A stretch of 64,000 nucleotides of DNA, taken from assembly GCA_964490145.1 (NCBI GenBank), contig CAZBBS010000004.1, positions 261-64,260 of the forward strand, in the 5' to 3' direction. This document shows, piece by piece, positions 43,246 to 52,854 of this stretch. The stretch is from an uncultured Enterobacteriaceae bacterium. Lineage in GTDB: Bacteria; Pseudomonadota; Gammaproteobacteria; Pseudomonadales; Pseudohongiellaceae. Below the pieces are notes generated by a model. That model was not told the origin of the DNA. It was given only the letters and a program-made list of their open reading frames with translations, and did not search any database. Both the position numbers and the translations under genes were made by a program. Position 1 is the first letter of the stretch. Each line of letters starts with the position of its first letter.

Positions 43246-44883
43246 ATGGCATTAAAAATCATTATGGCCCAGGTTAATCCCCTGGTTGGGGATATCCCGG
43301 GTAATACGTCCCTGGTAATAGAAACAGCCCGGCAGGCACTGGCTCTTGAACAGGTCGATGTCATCGTTTTTCCCGAACTGGTCCTGACCGCATATCCACC
43401 GGAAGACCTGTTGTTAAGAGCCAGCCTTGATTTGCGAATTCATGGCGCCCTTGAAGCCATAAAAGCCGCAAACATCAATGCCCACCTGGTGATTGGTTAT
43501 CCGGGAAGAGAGGGTGGCAAGCTGTTCAATATGTTGTCCATCATCTACCAGGGCAAGGTGCTGGCAACTTACCAGAAACAATTGCTGCCCAATTACCAGG
43601 TGTTCGATGAAAAACGCTATTTCGAACCCGGTCATGCCCCTTGTGTACTGAATATCGGCAATATCCCTGTTGGTTTTACCATCTGCGAGGACCTCTGGGA
43701 TTCCGGCCCCATGCTGCAGGCTGCCGATGCCGGTGCCAGACTGATGATCAACATCAATGGATCGCCATATCATGCCGAGAAACTGGCTGACCGTCGGGCA
43801 ACGATAGCAGCCAGGCAAAGTGAAGCCGCTATTCCGGTTATCTACGTCAATCAGGTAGGCGGCCAGGATGAGCTGGTATTTGACGGCTGCTCCATGGCAA
43901 TTGACGGCGACGGCACCCTTCGGGCGCTGGCGCCAGCCTGTGAAACGGCCATGTTGACGGTAACGGCTGAAGAGCAGGATGGTGAGGTGCGCCTGCTGCC
44001 TGCCGTTATTACTCCCCACCCCGAAGGCGAGGCTCTGGTATATCGTGTGCTGGTTCAAGGCTTGAAAGACTATGTGGAAAAAAACGGTTTCAAGGGGGTG
44101 GTGCTTGGATTATCTGGAGGTATTGATTCGGCCCTGACACTTGCGTTGGCTGTCGATGCCCTGGGTAGTGATAAAGTGCACGCTGTCATGATGCCGTTTC
44201 GTTATACCTCCTCCATGAGCATTGAAGACGCAGCCCTGCAGGCTGAAAACTTTGGCGTGCATTACCGGGCGATTCCCATTGAACCCCTGTATGAAGCTTT
44301 CATGGAGGCACTGGCCGATGAATTCGAGGGTACAGAAACGGATCTGACCGAGCAGAACCTGCAGGCCCGCTGCCGCGGCGTCATCCTGATGGGCATTTCA
44401 AATAAAAAGGGATACCTGGTGCTGACGACCGGTAACAAAAGTGAAATGGCGGTGGGTTATTCCACGCTCTACGGTGATATGGCCGGTGGGTTTGATGTTC
44501 TCAAGGATGTGCCAAAAATGCTGGTATACAGACTTTCCCGGTATCGAAATACCCTGGCAGGGAAGGTTGAGAAGATGATTCCTGAACGTATCATCGAGCG
44601 GCCTCCGTCAGCCGAGCTGGCGCCGGGTCAGGTGGATGAGGATAACCTGCCTCCCTATGAGATCCTCGATCAGATCCTGGCCCTGTATATTGAGGAAGAT
44701 CTCAGTGCTCATGCCATCATTAAAAAGGGTTTTGATCATGATACTGTTATGCGAGTATTGCGGCTGGTTGACCTGAACGAGTACAAGAGGCGACAGGCAC
44801 CTGTCGGTGTCAGAATCAGCAAAAAAGGGTTTGGTCGGGACAGGCGTTATCCGATCACGTCCGGTTGGAAGCTTGGGGAATAG
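43246..44883 (+). CDS. nadE: glutamine-dependent NAD+ synthetase
   Basis: 545 aa with an N-terminal CN-hydrolase domain (catalytic ICED) and a C-terminal synthetase with the SGGIDS P-loop. Confidence 0.93.
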   Translation: MALKIIMAQVNPLVGDIPGNTSLVIETARQALALEQVDVIVFPELVLTAYPPEDLLLRASLDLRIHGALEAIKAANINAHLVIGYPGREGGKLFNMLSIIYQGKVLATYQKQLLPNYQVFDEKRYFEPGHAPCVLNIGNIPVGFTICEDLWDSGPMLQAADAGARLMININGSPYHAEKLADRRATIAARQSEAAIPVIYVNQVGGQDELVFDGCSMAIDGDGTLRALAPACETAMLTVTAEEQDGEVRLLPAVITPHPEGEALVYRVLVQGLKDYVEKNGFKGVVLGLSGGIDSALTLALAVDALGSDKVHAVMMPFRYTSSMSIEDAALQAENFGVHYRAIPIEPLYEAFMEALADEFEGTETDLTEQNLQARCRGVILMGISNKKGYLVLTTGNKSEMAVGYSTLYGDMAGGFDVLKDVPKMLVYRLSRYRNTLAGKVEKMIPERIIERPPSAELAPGQVDEDNLPPYEILDQILALYIEEDLSAHAIIKKGFDHDTVMRVLRLVDLNEYKRRQAPVGVRISKKGFGRDRRYPITSGWKLGE

Positions 44884-44907
44884 GAATAACGATATTGTCG
44901 TTATTCC
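44883..44907 (+). terminator. hairpin after the nadE stop (no U tract)
   Basis: GGAATAACG-ATATTGT-CGTTATTCC, starting within the stop codon. Confidence 0.35.
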
Positions 44908-45022
44908 ACGGGGCAGTCCGCGCAGCACGCTGTCCCTGGTCTGCGGATAGTGATAAACCAAGCAGTTGACAGTTGTGTCCCTGACCCTGAGGGTTGGTCA
45001 GGATAATAAGGGGTAAAGCTCT

Positions 45023-45331
45023 ATGCGTTCTGATGACAACAGGTACTGGAAGGAAAATATCAGGATCCTGACCATCCTCCTGAGCATCTGGTTCGTGGTG
45101 TCTTTTCTCATGTCCGTGATATTTGTTGACCAGCTGGATTCGATTCGACTGGGTGGATTCAAACTCGGATTCTGGATGGCGCAGCAGGGTTCGGTTTATG
45201 TCTACGTCATCCTGATTTTTGTTTACCTCAAGCTGATGGATCGACTTGATCACAAATATCACCATGAAGAAAAAGCCATTCTTGAGGAGGAGCAGCGCCA
45301 GGAAAATGCCGCTGCCGTTGATCAGGCCTGA
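45023..45331 (+). CDS. DUF4212 small membrane subunit of a solute symporter
   Basis: 102 aa with two TM helices, and typical pairing directly upstream of a VC_2705-type sodium:solute symporter. Confidence 0.75.
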   Translation: MRSDDNRYWKENIRILTILLSIWFVVSFLMSVIFVDQLDSIRLGGFKLGFWMAQQGSVYVYVILIFVYLKLMDRLDHKYHHEEKAILEEEQRQENAAAVDQA

Positions 45332-45369
45332 GCCGGCTCTGGATATCAATAATCAAAGGGGGGGATGAT

Positions 45370-47052
45370 ATGAGCTTGCAGGTCTGGACCTATCTCTGTG
45401 TCGGATTGAGTTTCATTCTGTATATCGCTATTGCGGTGAAGTCCCGGGCGTCATCCACCAGGGAATTTTATATAGCCGGTGCTCATGTGCCTCCTGTTGC
45501 CAATGGACTGGCCACCGCTGCTGACTGGATGTCAGCGGCTTCCTTTATCTCCATGGCGGGCATCGTTTCCTATATGGGCCGTGATGGCGCCGTGTATCTC
45601 ATGGGTTGGACAGGCGGTTATGTGCTGCTGGCCCTGATGATTGCGCCTTACCTGAGGGACTTCGGTAAATTCACCGTCCCGGATTTCATCGGAGACCGCT
45701 ATTACAGCCAGTTTGCCCGCATGGTAGCTGTTGTCTGTGCCATTTTCGTTTCATTTACCTATGTTGCCGGCCAGATGCGTGGTGTGGGTGTGGTGTTTTC
45801 ACGATTCCTGGAAGTGGATATCGACATGGGCGTGTTCATCGGCATGGGCATCGTGTTCTTTTATGCAGTGCTCGGCGGCATGAAAGGCATCACCTACACA
45901 CAGGTGGCGCAGTACTGCGTCCTGATATTTGCTTACATGGTGCCTGCCGTATTCATTTCCATCATGATGACCGGGCAGGCGATTCCCCAACTGGGGTTTG
46001 GTGGTCAACTCACGGACGCCTATGGTGGGGGATATCTACTGGACCGTCTGGATGGGCTGCATGAGGAACTTGGGTTTGCAGCGTACACCAGTGGTGTGCG
46101 CAGCACCCTGGATGTACTTTGCATCACTGCCGCGCTGATTATGGGAACAGCAGGTCTGCCCCATGTGATCATCCGGTTTTTCACTGTTCCCAGCGTGAGA
46201 GCAGCACGCAAATCAGCAGGTTATGCCCTGCTGTTTATCGCCATTTTGTATACCACGGCGCCTGCCATTGCCGCTTTTGCCCGTACCAACCTGATCAATA
46301 CCGTAAACAACGCTGAGTACATCAGCATGCCAGCCTGGTTCAGGACCTGGGAAAATACCAACCTGATCAGCTTCACCGACAAGAATGGCGATGGTCTGAT
46401 TCAATATGTCGCTGATCCTGACGTGAATGAACTGGTGGTGGATCGTGACATTATTGTGCTGGCCAATCCTGAAATAGCACAGCTGCCCAACTGGGTGATC
46501 GCACTGGTGGCTGCTGGTGGTCTGGCTGCCGCATTATCGACGGCTGCGGGTTTGCTGCTGGTCATCTCAACGGCCATTTCCCATGACCTGCTCAAGCGCA
46601 ACCTGATGCCGGACATCACGGAAAAACAGGAACTGCTGTATGCGCGGATCGCCATCTTCTTCGCTGTGTGTGTGGCAGGATATTTCGGGATCAGGCCGCC
46701 CGGATTTGTGGCGCAGGTTGTCGCTTTTGCCTTCGGGCTGGCAGCATCATCCTTCTTTCCTGCTATCGTGCTGGGGATTTTCTCCATCCGGATGAACAAG
46801 GAAGGTGCGGTTTCAGGCATGATCACAGGCATCGCCTTTACCGCGATTTACATCGTGTATTTCAAGTTCATCAATCCCGCGCTGGATAATGCTGACCACT
46901 GGTGGTTCGGCATTTCACCGGAAGGGATTGGTGCCGTTGGTATGCTGCTGAACTTTCTGGTGGCCGTGCTGGTCTGCCGTTTTACTGACAGTCCTCCTCG
47001 GGACGTACAGGATATGGTGCTGGATATCCGGGTGCCAGGAAAGCCTGACTAG
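45370..47052 (+). CDS. sodium:solute symporter family protein (VC_2705 subfamily)
   Basis: 560 aa with about 13-14 TM helices and SSS-family character. Confidence 0.88.
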   Translation: MSLQVWTYLCVGLSFILYIAIAVKSRASSTREFYIAGAHVPPVANGLATAADWMSAASFISMAGIVSYMGRDGAVYLMGWTGGYVLLALMIAPYLRDFGKFTVPDFIGDRYYSQFARMVAVVCAIFVSFTYVAGQMRGVGVVFSRFLEVDIDMGVFIGMGIVFFYAVLGGMKGITYTQVAQYCVLIFAYMVPAVFISIMMTGQAIPQLGFGGQLTDAYGGGYLLDRLDGLHEELGFAAYTSGVRSTLDVLCITAALIMGTAGLPHVIIRFFTVPSVRAARKSAGYALLFIAILYTTAPAIAAFARTNLINTVNNAEYISMPAWFRTWENTNLISFTDKNGDGLIQYVADPDVNELVVDRDIIVLANPEIAQLPNWVIALVAAGGLAAALSTAAGLLLVISTAISHDLLKRNLMPDITEKQELLYARIAIFFAVCVAGYFGIRPPGFVAQVVAFAFGLAASSFFPAIVLGIFSIRMNKEGAVSGMITGIAFTAIYIVYFKFINPALDNADHWWFGISPEGIGAVGMLLNFLVAVLVCRFTDSPPRDVQDMVLDIRVPGKPD

Positions 47053-47598
47053 CTAGAGTTCATCAAGGATCTGCTGCTGCCGATCCATCTTTTCCTGAAG
47101 CTGCCCGGAAACATCCCGGGCCTGCTGCATCACCTCCTGCATTTCGCCTATTTTGCCTGGCAGCAAGCCGGGTGTTGTTTGTCCTGCAGTCGTGCTGCCA
47201 ATGCCCGGATTGTTGTTTTCCAGGGCGTCAGTGGTTGGCTCGGGGGATTCCCGGTACAGCGTCATGACGGTTGGGCTTTCCAGGTTCATGGCTTCGGCAG
47301 CAACACCGGGAGGCGGTGAGTTGGAATAATGCCAGCTGCCCAGTTCATCCTGCCAGCGGTAGATGGTTTCGGGTGTAATCTGAATTTCCATGCCGGATTC
47401 CAGGCTGTCCTTGCTGCTGTCAGTCCCGGGAAATAACGCCTGCAGCTTTCCAGGTAATTCACTGACTGCTGAAAAATCCACATCGGGCTTGAGGCTGTCC
47501 AGGGTCTTTATTGGTGTGCCGTCAGGCTTTTTGATGATGAACAAACTGGCGTAACTCAATACCAGAGCCAGTACCATCAGTTTGATAAAAATCTTCAT
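47053..47598 (-). CDS. DUF4124 domain-containing secreted protein
   Basis: It has a signal peptide and the IYRWQDELGSWHYSNSPPPG block typical of DUF4124. Confidence 0.65.
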   Translation of the reverse strand: MKIFIKLMVLALVLSYASLFIIKKPDGTPIKTLDSLKPDVDFSAVSELPGKLQALFPGTDSSKDSLESGMEIQITPETIYRWQDELGSWHYSNSPPPGVAAEAMNLESPTVMTLYRESPEPTTDALENNNPGIGSTTAGQTTPGLLPGKIGEMQEVMQQARDVSGQLQEKMDRQQQILDEL

Positions 47599-47698
47599 AG
47601 TGTCATTCCTTCATGACCTGGCATGTCATCCTGAGAGTGCTGCCGGTTTGATTTATCCGGGTCATCCTAACATCACAGCCCGAAACATACATGAACGA

Positions 47699-48562
47699 TC
47701 AGTAAATTTCCTGGCGTAGAATGTGGCGCTGGCCTGGCGCGACCGTGATGCCAGAGGTGACGGCGGTTTCCACACAGAGCATATGCAGATAATCTTCGGG
47801 CTCCATGTCAGGGAAATTTTCATGGCAGGCGGTCCAGGGGTTCCATACCACGATGCTGTCGTGTCCGGAGGATGCTACCCGGGTGGCCATGTCCATCCCC
47901 TTGATGGTTGCGTCAGGGCAGGGCGACAGGTGAATGCGGTCAGTTTCTTCACTGAACCGGTATTCTGCTGGTGTCTCAAAATGGGCAAAATCCCGGACCT
48001 TGTCAGAATACCTGCCGCTTAATCCTTCCAGAACAGTTTGCCTGATGTCATCAACTGCAAAATAACTGTGCATGGCGCAGGTCAGTGAAAAGCTCTCCAT
48101 CCCGGTGTTTTTTGTAATCAGCTCCAGGGTCAGGTGATCGCTAACCAGAATTTTAAGGAATAACTCAGCTGTGCCGGCAAAACAGTCACTGGTGGTATCA
48201 ACAGCATGGAGAAGCAGGGTTGTGGCAACGTCAGCATGATCTTCCTCGACAAGATGCCATTGACGGTTTCTTACAAAACCATGGAAAGGGCAGTCAGCGT
48301 CTCCTGGATGTTTAGCAAACCATGGCCAGCACAGGGGAATTCCCCCCCTGATGGGTTTGCTCCCATCAAACAAGGCGCTGCGACTCACATACAGTCTTTC
48401 CCGGCCATCGCGGTGCGGGATATATGACAGAACCTGCCCCCCGAAAAGCGAGACCCTGGCCGTTGCATGCTTGTTTTGAATGTCCAGGAACTCCACCTGA
48501 TCGCTGGCCCTGTGTCGAATGATGCTGCTCATGTTGTTAATTGCCATTGCTAAAATTCGCAT
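47699..48562 (-). CDS. D-hexose-6-phosphate mutarotase (aldose 1-epimerase family, YeaD-like)
   Basis: …LFGGQVLSYIP…PIRGGIPLCWPWF…HGFVRN… The start is ambiguous (48562 or 48547). Confidence 0.75.
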   Translation of the reverse strand: MRILAMAINNMSSIIRHRASDQVEFLDIQNKHATARVSLFGGQVLSYIPHRDGRERLYVSRSALFDGSKPIRGGIPLCWPWFAKHPGDADCPFHGFVRNRQWHLVEEDHADVATTLLLHAVDTTSDCFAGTAELFLKILVSDHLTLELITKNTGMESFSLTCAMHSYFAVDDIRQTVLEGLSGRYSDKVRDFAHFETPAEYRFSEETDRIHLSPCPDATIKGMDMATRVASSGHDSIVVWNPWTACHENFPDMEPEDYLHMLCVETAVTSGITVAPGQRHILRQEIY

Positions 48563-48669
48563 TATATAAATAAAAACAGGGGCTTATGGACATAAAAACC
48601 ACTTTGCATAATTGTGCAAAAAATAAGTGCAAAAAAGTGTTGGCAAAAAACCGGCTAATGCTATTTTTG

Positions 48670-48682
48670 TAGCACGGTGCTA
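48670..48682. promoter_or_regulatory. 13-bp perfect palindrome TAGCAC-G-GTGCTA plus a third TAGCAC half-site (48689-48694): candidate BlaI-family operator
   Basis: It lies 40-50 nt upstream of the repressor gene start, in the divergent intergenic region. Confidence 0.4.
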
Positions 48683-48721
48683 AAAACGTAGCACACCTTT
48701 TGTTTACTGCATGAGCAGCAG

Positions 48722-49120
48722 GTGAATCACATGAGCAAAGCCATCAACCTGAGTCGACGTGAACGACAGATCATGGACATTATCTATGAGAAGTCGGAGG
48801 TCTCAGCCCAGGAAGTCATGGACCGCTTGCCGGATCCGCCCAGTTATTCTGCTGTCAGGGCCATGTTGAGAAAGCTGGAGGACAAAGGGCACATCAGGCA
48901 TCGTGAGTCTGGTGCCAGGTACGTCTATTTCCCGGTAGTCGATCACGAGCAGGCCAGTCGCAACGCCATTGTGCGTCTGGTTAAAACTTTTTACGACGGT
49001 TCTGCCGCCCAGGCCGTCAATGCCTTGCTCGGCATGTCCTTTAACGATATCAGTGAACAGGAACTGGAAGAAATTGAAAGTATGATCATGGCGGCAAAAA
49101 AGCGGGACAAAAAAAAATAA
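48722..49120 (+). CDS. BlaI/MecI/CopY-family transcriptional repressor
   Basis: 132 aa with a winged helix: LSRRERQIMDIIYEKSEVSAQEVMDRL…YSAVRAMLRKLEDKGHIRH. Confidence 0.85.
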   Translation: MNHMSKAINLSRRERQIMDIIYEKSEVSAQEVMDRLPDPPSYSAVRAMLRKLEDKGHIRHRESGARYVYFPVVDHEQASRNAIVRLVKTFYDGSAAQAVNALLGMSFNDISEQELEEIESMIMAAKKRDKKK

Positions 49121-49188
49121 CCACATAACACTTAACAAACTGTATCTGTAGAGGTCAGTCGTTACAGGTCGTTTTAGGGGGAAGAACC

Positions 49189-50910
49189 ATGGAGATATAT
49201 TCTCTGGTGGATGCCTTTGAAAACCTGCTGCATCAGCACACCGGGATGGGCTATTTTGTCGACCTGATCCTGAAATCCCTGTTTGTCCTCCTTGTCATGG
49301 TGGGGCTGAAGCCTTTCACCAGAAACCTGCCTGCCTCTGCCCGTCACCTGGTGTGGTGTGTAGGGCTTGTCAGTCTTTTTGTCCTGCCAGTCTTCATCGG
49401 CCTGTTGCCGAAGATTCACGTGCCTATTGAAACCAGTGATGTTGTGATCAGGGAAAACTCCATGACGCGGGGTATTGCCTCGCTGGCGGGGAATGCGCGA
49501 CTCCTGGCAGGCACCTGGTGGAAAGCCCTGATGGGTGTCTATTTCTCATTGCTGGCATTGCAGCTGTGTTACATCCTGCTTGGCCTGGTGAAGGTATGTG
49601 CCCTGAGCCGGGAAGCCCGGCCGGTGAAAAACACAGAGCAGCTTGAGGAACTTGAAACACTGTTGTGGCAGGAAGGCTTGACGGTTCCGGTACGCCTGCT
49701 GTCCAGCCAGCATGTTTATTCACCAGTCAGTTGGGGCCTGTTTCGACCGGAGATTATTCTCCCGGAAGGGGCCGATACCTGGTCTGCCAGAAAAATCCGC
49801 AATGTATTGTTACATGAACTCAGCCATATCAGGCGGTTGGACTGGCTGACATTCCTGATAGTCAGAATTACCCGGGCCATTTACTGGTACAACCCGCTGG
49901 TGTGGTATGCCGCTGGCAAATTCGAGGAGGAGGCTGAACAGGCCTGTGACGATGCCGTTATTCTTAACGGTTATTGCCAGAATGAATATGCGAACAATCT
50001 GCTGGAAATAGCCCGGCATGCCAGGACAAGTCATCTGGACGGGGCCCTGGTGCAAGCGATAGCCGGATCCTCTCTGGGCTCCCGTATTCTGTCTATTCTT
50101 GATCCGGCGCGCAGGCGGCAGAATACTGAAATAGACTGGGTTGTTCGGGGGCTGATTATCGGAAGCCTGGTGATCGTGGTGCTGGCATCCCTGCGGCTCG
50201 TGACCCTGGTGAATGTGACAACGCTTGATCCCCATGCCAGTACGGCTTTTTCAGTGATTTTTATCCCCAAAAGTGAAGCCAGTGTCCACAGTGAGTTTCT
50301 GGCGGACATGATCCAGGAAGTGCAGCAGGATTCCAGTTCCCGTCGCGAAGAACGTTGCCGGCGATATGCCAGTGCTGAAAATGCAAAGGGCGCTGCTGTG
50401 ATGGGTGCTGCACAAGATGCGGTTGAGGAAGGTCTGCAAGGGCGCAGCCATGAAAAACAAAAACCCTCCCTGCTTGAAGAGTATTTTGCCTACCAGGGTG
50501 TCGATGATGCCAGGCTGGGACTGGAGAACTACATCAACCATTACACCAGCCATGAGGGGCAGCAGGTATATGATGCTATCGACCTGGAAGGGTTTGTGGA
50601 TGGTTCGCCCGGAAGGGAAGGGCAGGACGCTGAACAATCCCTGGTTCCGATCAGAAAAATTTCACCTGAGTATCCGCACAGGGCCAGGGCAAGGGGAATC
50701 GAGGGATATTCGGTGGTTGAATATGCCATTGACCACGAGGGTAAAGTCAGGGATCCCGTTATTGTGGAATCCAGTCCAGGTAAGGTGTTCAATCGCAGTA
50801 CACTCAAGGCCATTGAGCAGTACCGGTTCGTACCACCAACACTCGATGGTGAACAAATTACCCTGGAAGGCAGGCAAACCCGATTTGTCTACCAGCTCAA
50901 ACCCGGATGA
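49189..50910 (+). CDS. BlaR1-like M56 peptidase membrane sensor with a C-terminal TonB_C domain
   Basis: It has the HEXXH motif (LLHELSHIRRLDW) within the TM region and another TM helix at about residue 325. The C-terminus is SPEYPHRARARGIEGYSVVEYAIDHEGKVRDPVIV…, a TonB C-terminal fold signature. Confidence 0.8.
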   Translation: MEIYSLVDAFENLLHQHTGMGYFVDLILKSLFVLLVMVGLKPFTRNLPASARHLVWCVGLVSLFVLPVFIGLLPKIHVPIETSDVVIRENSMTRGIASLAGNARLLAGTWWKALMGVYFSLLALQLCYILLGLVKVCALSREARPVKNTEQLEELETLLWQEGLTVPVRLLSSQHVYSPVSWGLFRPEIILPEGADTWSARKIRNVLLHELSHIRRLDWLTFLIVRITRAIYWYNPLVWYAAGKFEEEAEQACDDAVILNGYCQNEYANNLLEIARHARTSHLDGALVQAIAGSSLGSRILSILDPARRRQNTEIDWVVRGLIIGSLVIVVLASLRLVTLVNVTTLDPHASTAFSVIFIPKSEASVHSEFLADMIQEVQQDSSSRREERCRRYASAENAKGAAVMGAAQDAVEEGLQGRSHEKQKPSLLEEYFAYQGVDDARLGLENYINHYTSHEGQQVYDAIDLEGFVDGSPGREGQDAEQSLVPIRKISPEYPHRARARGIEGYSVVEYAIDHEGKVRDPVIVESSPGKVFNRSTLKAIEQYRFVPPTLDGEQITLEGRQTRFVYQLKPG

Positions 50911-50984
50911 CCCTGTCATCCTGATCCAGTAGTTCGATTTCTAGCCGCTGTTTTTTAGCATCTTTGTAAAAGGAGGGACAAGCC

Positions 50985-51599
50985 ATGTCTGAATTTCTGT
51001 ATCGCCTGGGGAAACTGAATGTGATCATGCTGTTTGCCGCTACAGTGACGCTGGGACTTTTCTACACCATGCAATGGCTGATCGTGAACGATGAGCAGCC
51101 AGAAACGATCAACATGCGCATCACGCTCGCTCCGGTAACTTTGCCGGAGTGGGAACCTGATCCGGTTCATGCGTCACCACGGCCTGAAGAGCCGGAAGCG
51201 CCGCCAGAACTGCCGCCGCAGCAGGTGGACAATCGAACACCGCAATCTCCGGCCATCGCTTTTACAGGAAATTTGGCGAAAAACCCCGGTGTTGAAGCGT
51301 TTGAGTTTGGACTGGGGCCGGCGGATGCCAGTGCCATGCCCATAGCCCAGATTCAGCCAGTGTATCCAAGCCGGGCGTTGGTGCGGGGGATTGAGGGTTT
51401 TGTCATTGTCGAATTTGATGTGAATGAAAATGGAGCGGTAATTAATGCGAGTGTGCTGGGTGCCAACCCGCCAGGCATTTTTGATCGTGCAGCGTTAACG
51501 GCGATCAGTCGCTGGAAATACAACCCGAGAATCGACAATGGCAGGCCGGTCACCATGAAGTCCCTGCAATACCGTTTCAGTTTTACGTTAAAGGAATAG
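50985..51599 (+). CDS. TonB-family energy transducer
   Basis: 204 aa with an N-terminal TM anchor, a Pro/Glu-rich spacer (PRPEEPEAPPELPPQQ) and the C-terminus PVYPSRALVRGIEGFVIVEFDV…. Confidence 0.8.
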   Translation: MSEFLYRLGKLNVIMLFAATVTLGLFYTMQWLIVNDEQPETINMRITLAPVTLPEWEPDPVHASPRPEEPEAPPELPPQQVDNRTPQSPAIAFTGNLAKNPGVEAFEFGLGPADASAMPIAQIQPVYPSRALVRGIEGFVIVEFDVNENGAVINASVLGANPPGIFDRAALTAISRWKYNPRIDNGRPVTMKSLQYRFSFTLKE

Positions 51600-51634
51600 T
51601 CTTGCCAAGTGCCTGTGCTCTGCGTCAGGCCTTT

Positions 51635-51663
51635 AGCCGGGGGATTTCCCCCGGCTTTTTTTA
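51635..51663. terminator. bidirectional rho-independent terminator
   Basis: AGCCGGGGGA-TT-TCCCCCGGCT followed by a T8 run. It overlaps the stop of the convergent MFS gene. Confidence 0.75.
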
Positions 51664-52854
51664 TTCTCGTGTTTCGGGTTCAGGCTTGATCAGCGGCTGG
51701 ATGGCAATGGCTGCACACAGGGAACCCAGAATCAGTCCGGCAATAGGTACAGGTGTGCCCGTGTAAATCAGTGCCAGAATTGGGCCAACCAGGGCGCCGG
51801 TACTGAATCGTAGTGTTCTGGCGACGGCGGAGGCCGTGCTGGCCTGGTTGGGAAAACGGATCAGGACCAGGGATTCAGCATTCACAGAAATGATGCCGAG
51901 ACAGCCAACGATCATGAAAAAGCAGACTACCGTCCAGTACAGCCCCAGTCCCAGGAGCGTGGCGAGTAACAGACACAGGGCAAAGAACGATCCGATGCCC
52001 AGTCCCAGATGCATCATGCGCCTTGGGCCAATTCTTGATACCACGCGCACGTTAATGAAGTTGGCCAGGATGAGTGCACCGGCATTGGTCGTAAACAGGA
52101 ACCCGAACTTGGTGGCAGAAACCCCAAACCAGGTAATGTAAATGAAGGGTACAGAGGTGAGGTAGGTGAAGAAGGCCATGGAGGACATCAGGAAAGTTGC
52201 CAGGTATGGATAGATCACTGGTGTGCCCAGAATGACCTTGTAGCTGTTGAGCACGGGCTGCCGGTTCTGCAGGCTTTCAGCAGCCAGGGTTTCGGGCAGT
52301 TTCCAGATAATCAGCATCAGCACGATGGCTGCATAAATGGCGAGCAGGAAAAAAATCGAGTGCCAGTCGAACCAGGTTAACAATGCCGACCCGATCAGTG
52401 GTGAAACCAGAGGTGCTGTCAGCATGATCATGGTGACTGTCGACATGCCTTTTGCCGTGTCCTTGCCGAAACAGTCCCGGATCATCGCCGGGATGGTGAT
52501 GGTGGCGGCACTACCCAGGAAACCCTGGAAAACACGCAGGATCAGAAAAATCTCAGCTGTTGGGCTCAGTGCAAGGGCCAGGGAAAATGCAGCAAACCCC
52601 AACATGCCGAAAACGGCTAGTGGCCGGCGGCCATAACGATCGGATAAGGGGCCAAAGAGCATCATCCCGAAACCGAAGGACACCAGAAAAACACTCAGGG
52701 AATATTGAACAGTGCTTATTTCAGTACCGTAACTTTCAGCCATACCAGGAATGGCAGGCAGGTACATATCAATGGCAAGTGGCGGCAGGGCCGAAATGGC
52801 AGCCATCAGGGGTAACGGCAATTTATGCCGCAGGGGATGCATGTTGTCGTTCAA
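51661..52854 (-). CDS. MFS transporter, Bcr/CflA (DHA1) subfamily
   Basis: 397 aa with 12 TM helices and motif A (GPLSDRYGRRP). Confidence 0.88.
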   Translation of the reverse strand: MNDNMHPLRHKLPLPLMAAISALPPLAIDMYLPAIPGMAESYGTEISTVQYSLSVFLVSFGFGMMLFGPLSDRYGRRPLAVFGMLGFAAFSLALALSPTAEIFLILRVFQGFLGSAATITIPAMIRDCFGKDTAKGMSTVTMIMLTAPLVSPLIGSALLTWFDWHSIFFLLAIYAAIVLMLIIWKLPETLAAESLQNRQPVLNSYKVILGTPVIYPYLATFLMSSMAFFTYLTSVPFIYITWFGVSATKFGFLFTTNAGALILANFINVRVVSRIGPRRMMHLGLGIGSFFALCLLLATLLGLGLYWTVVCFFMIVGCLGIISVNAESLVLIRFPNQASTASAVARTLRFSTGALVGPILALIYTGTPVPIAGLILGSLCAAIAIQPLIKPEPETRE

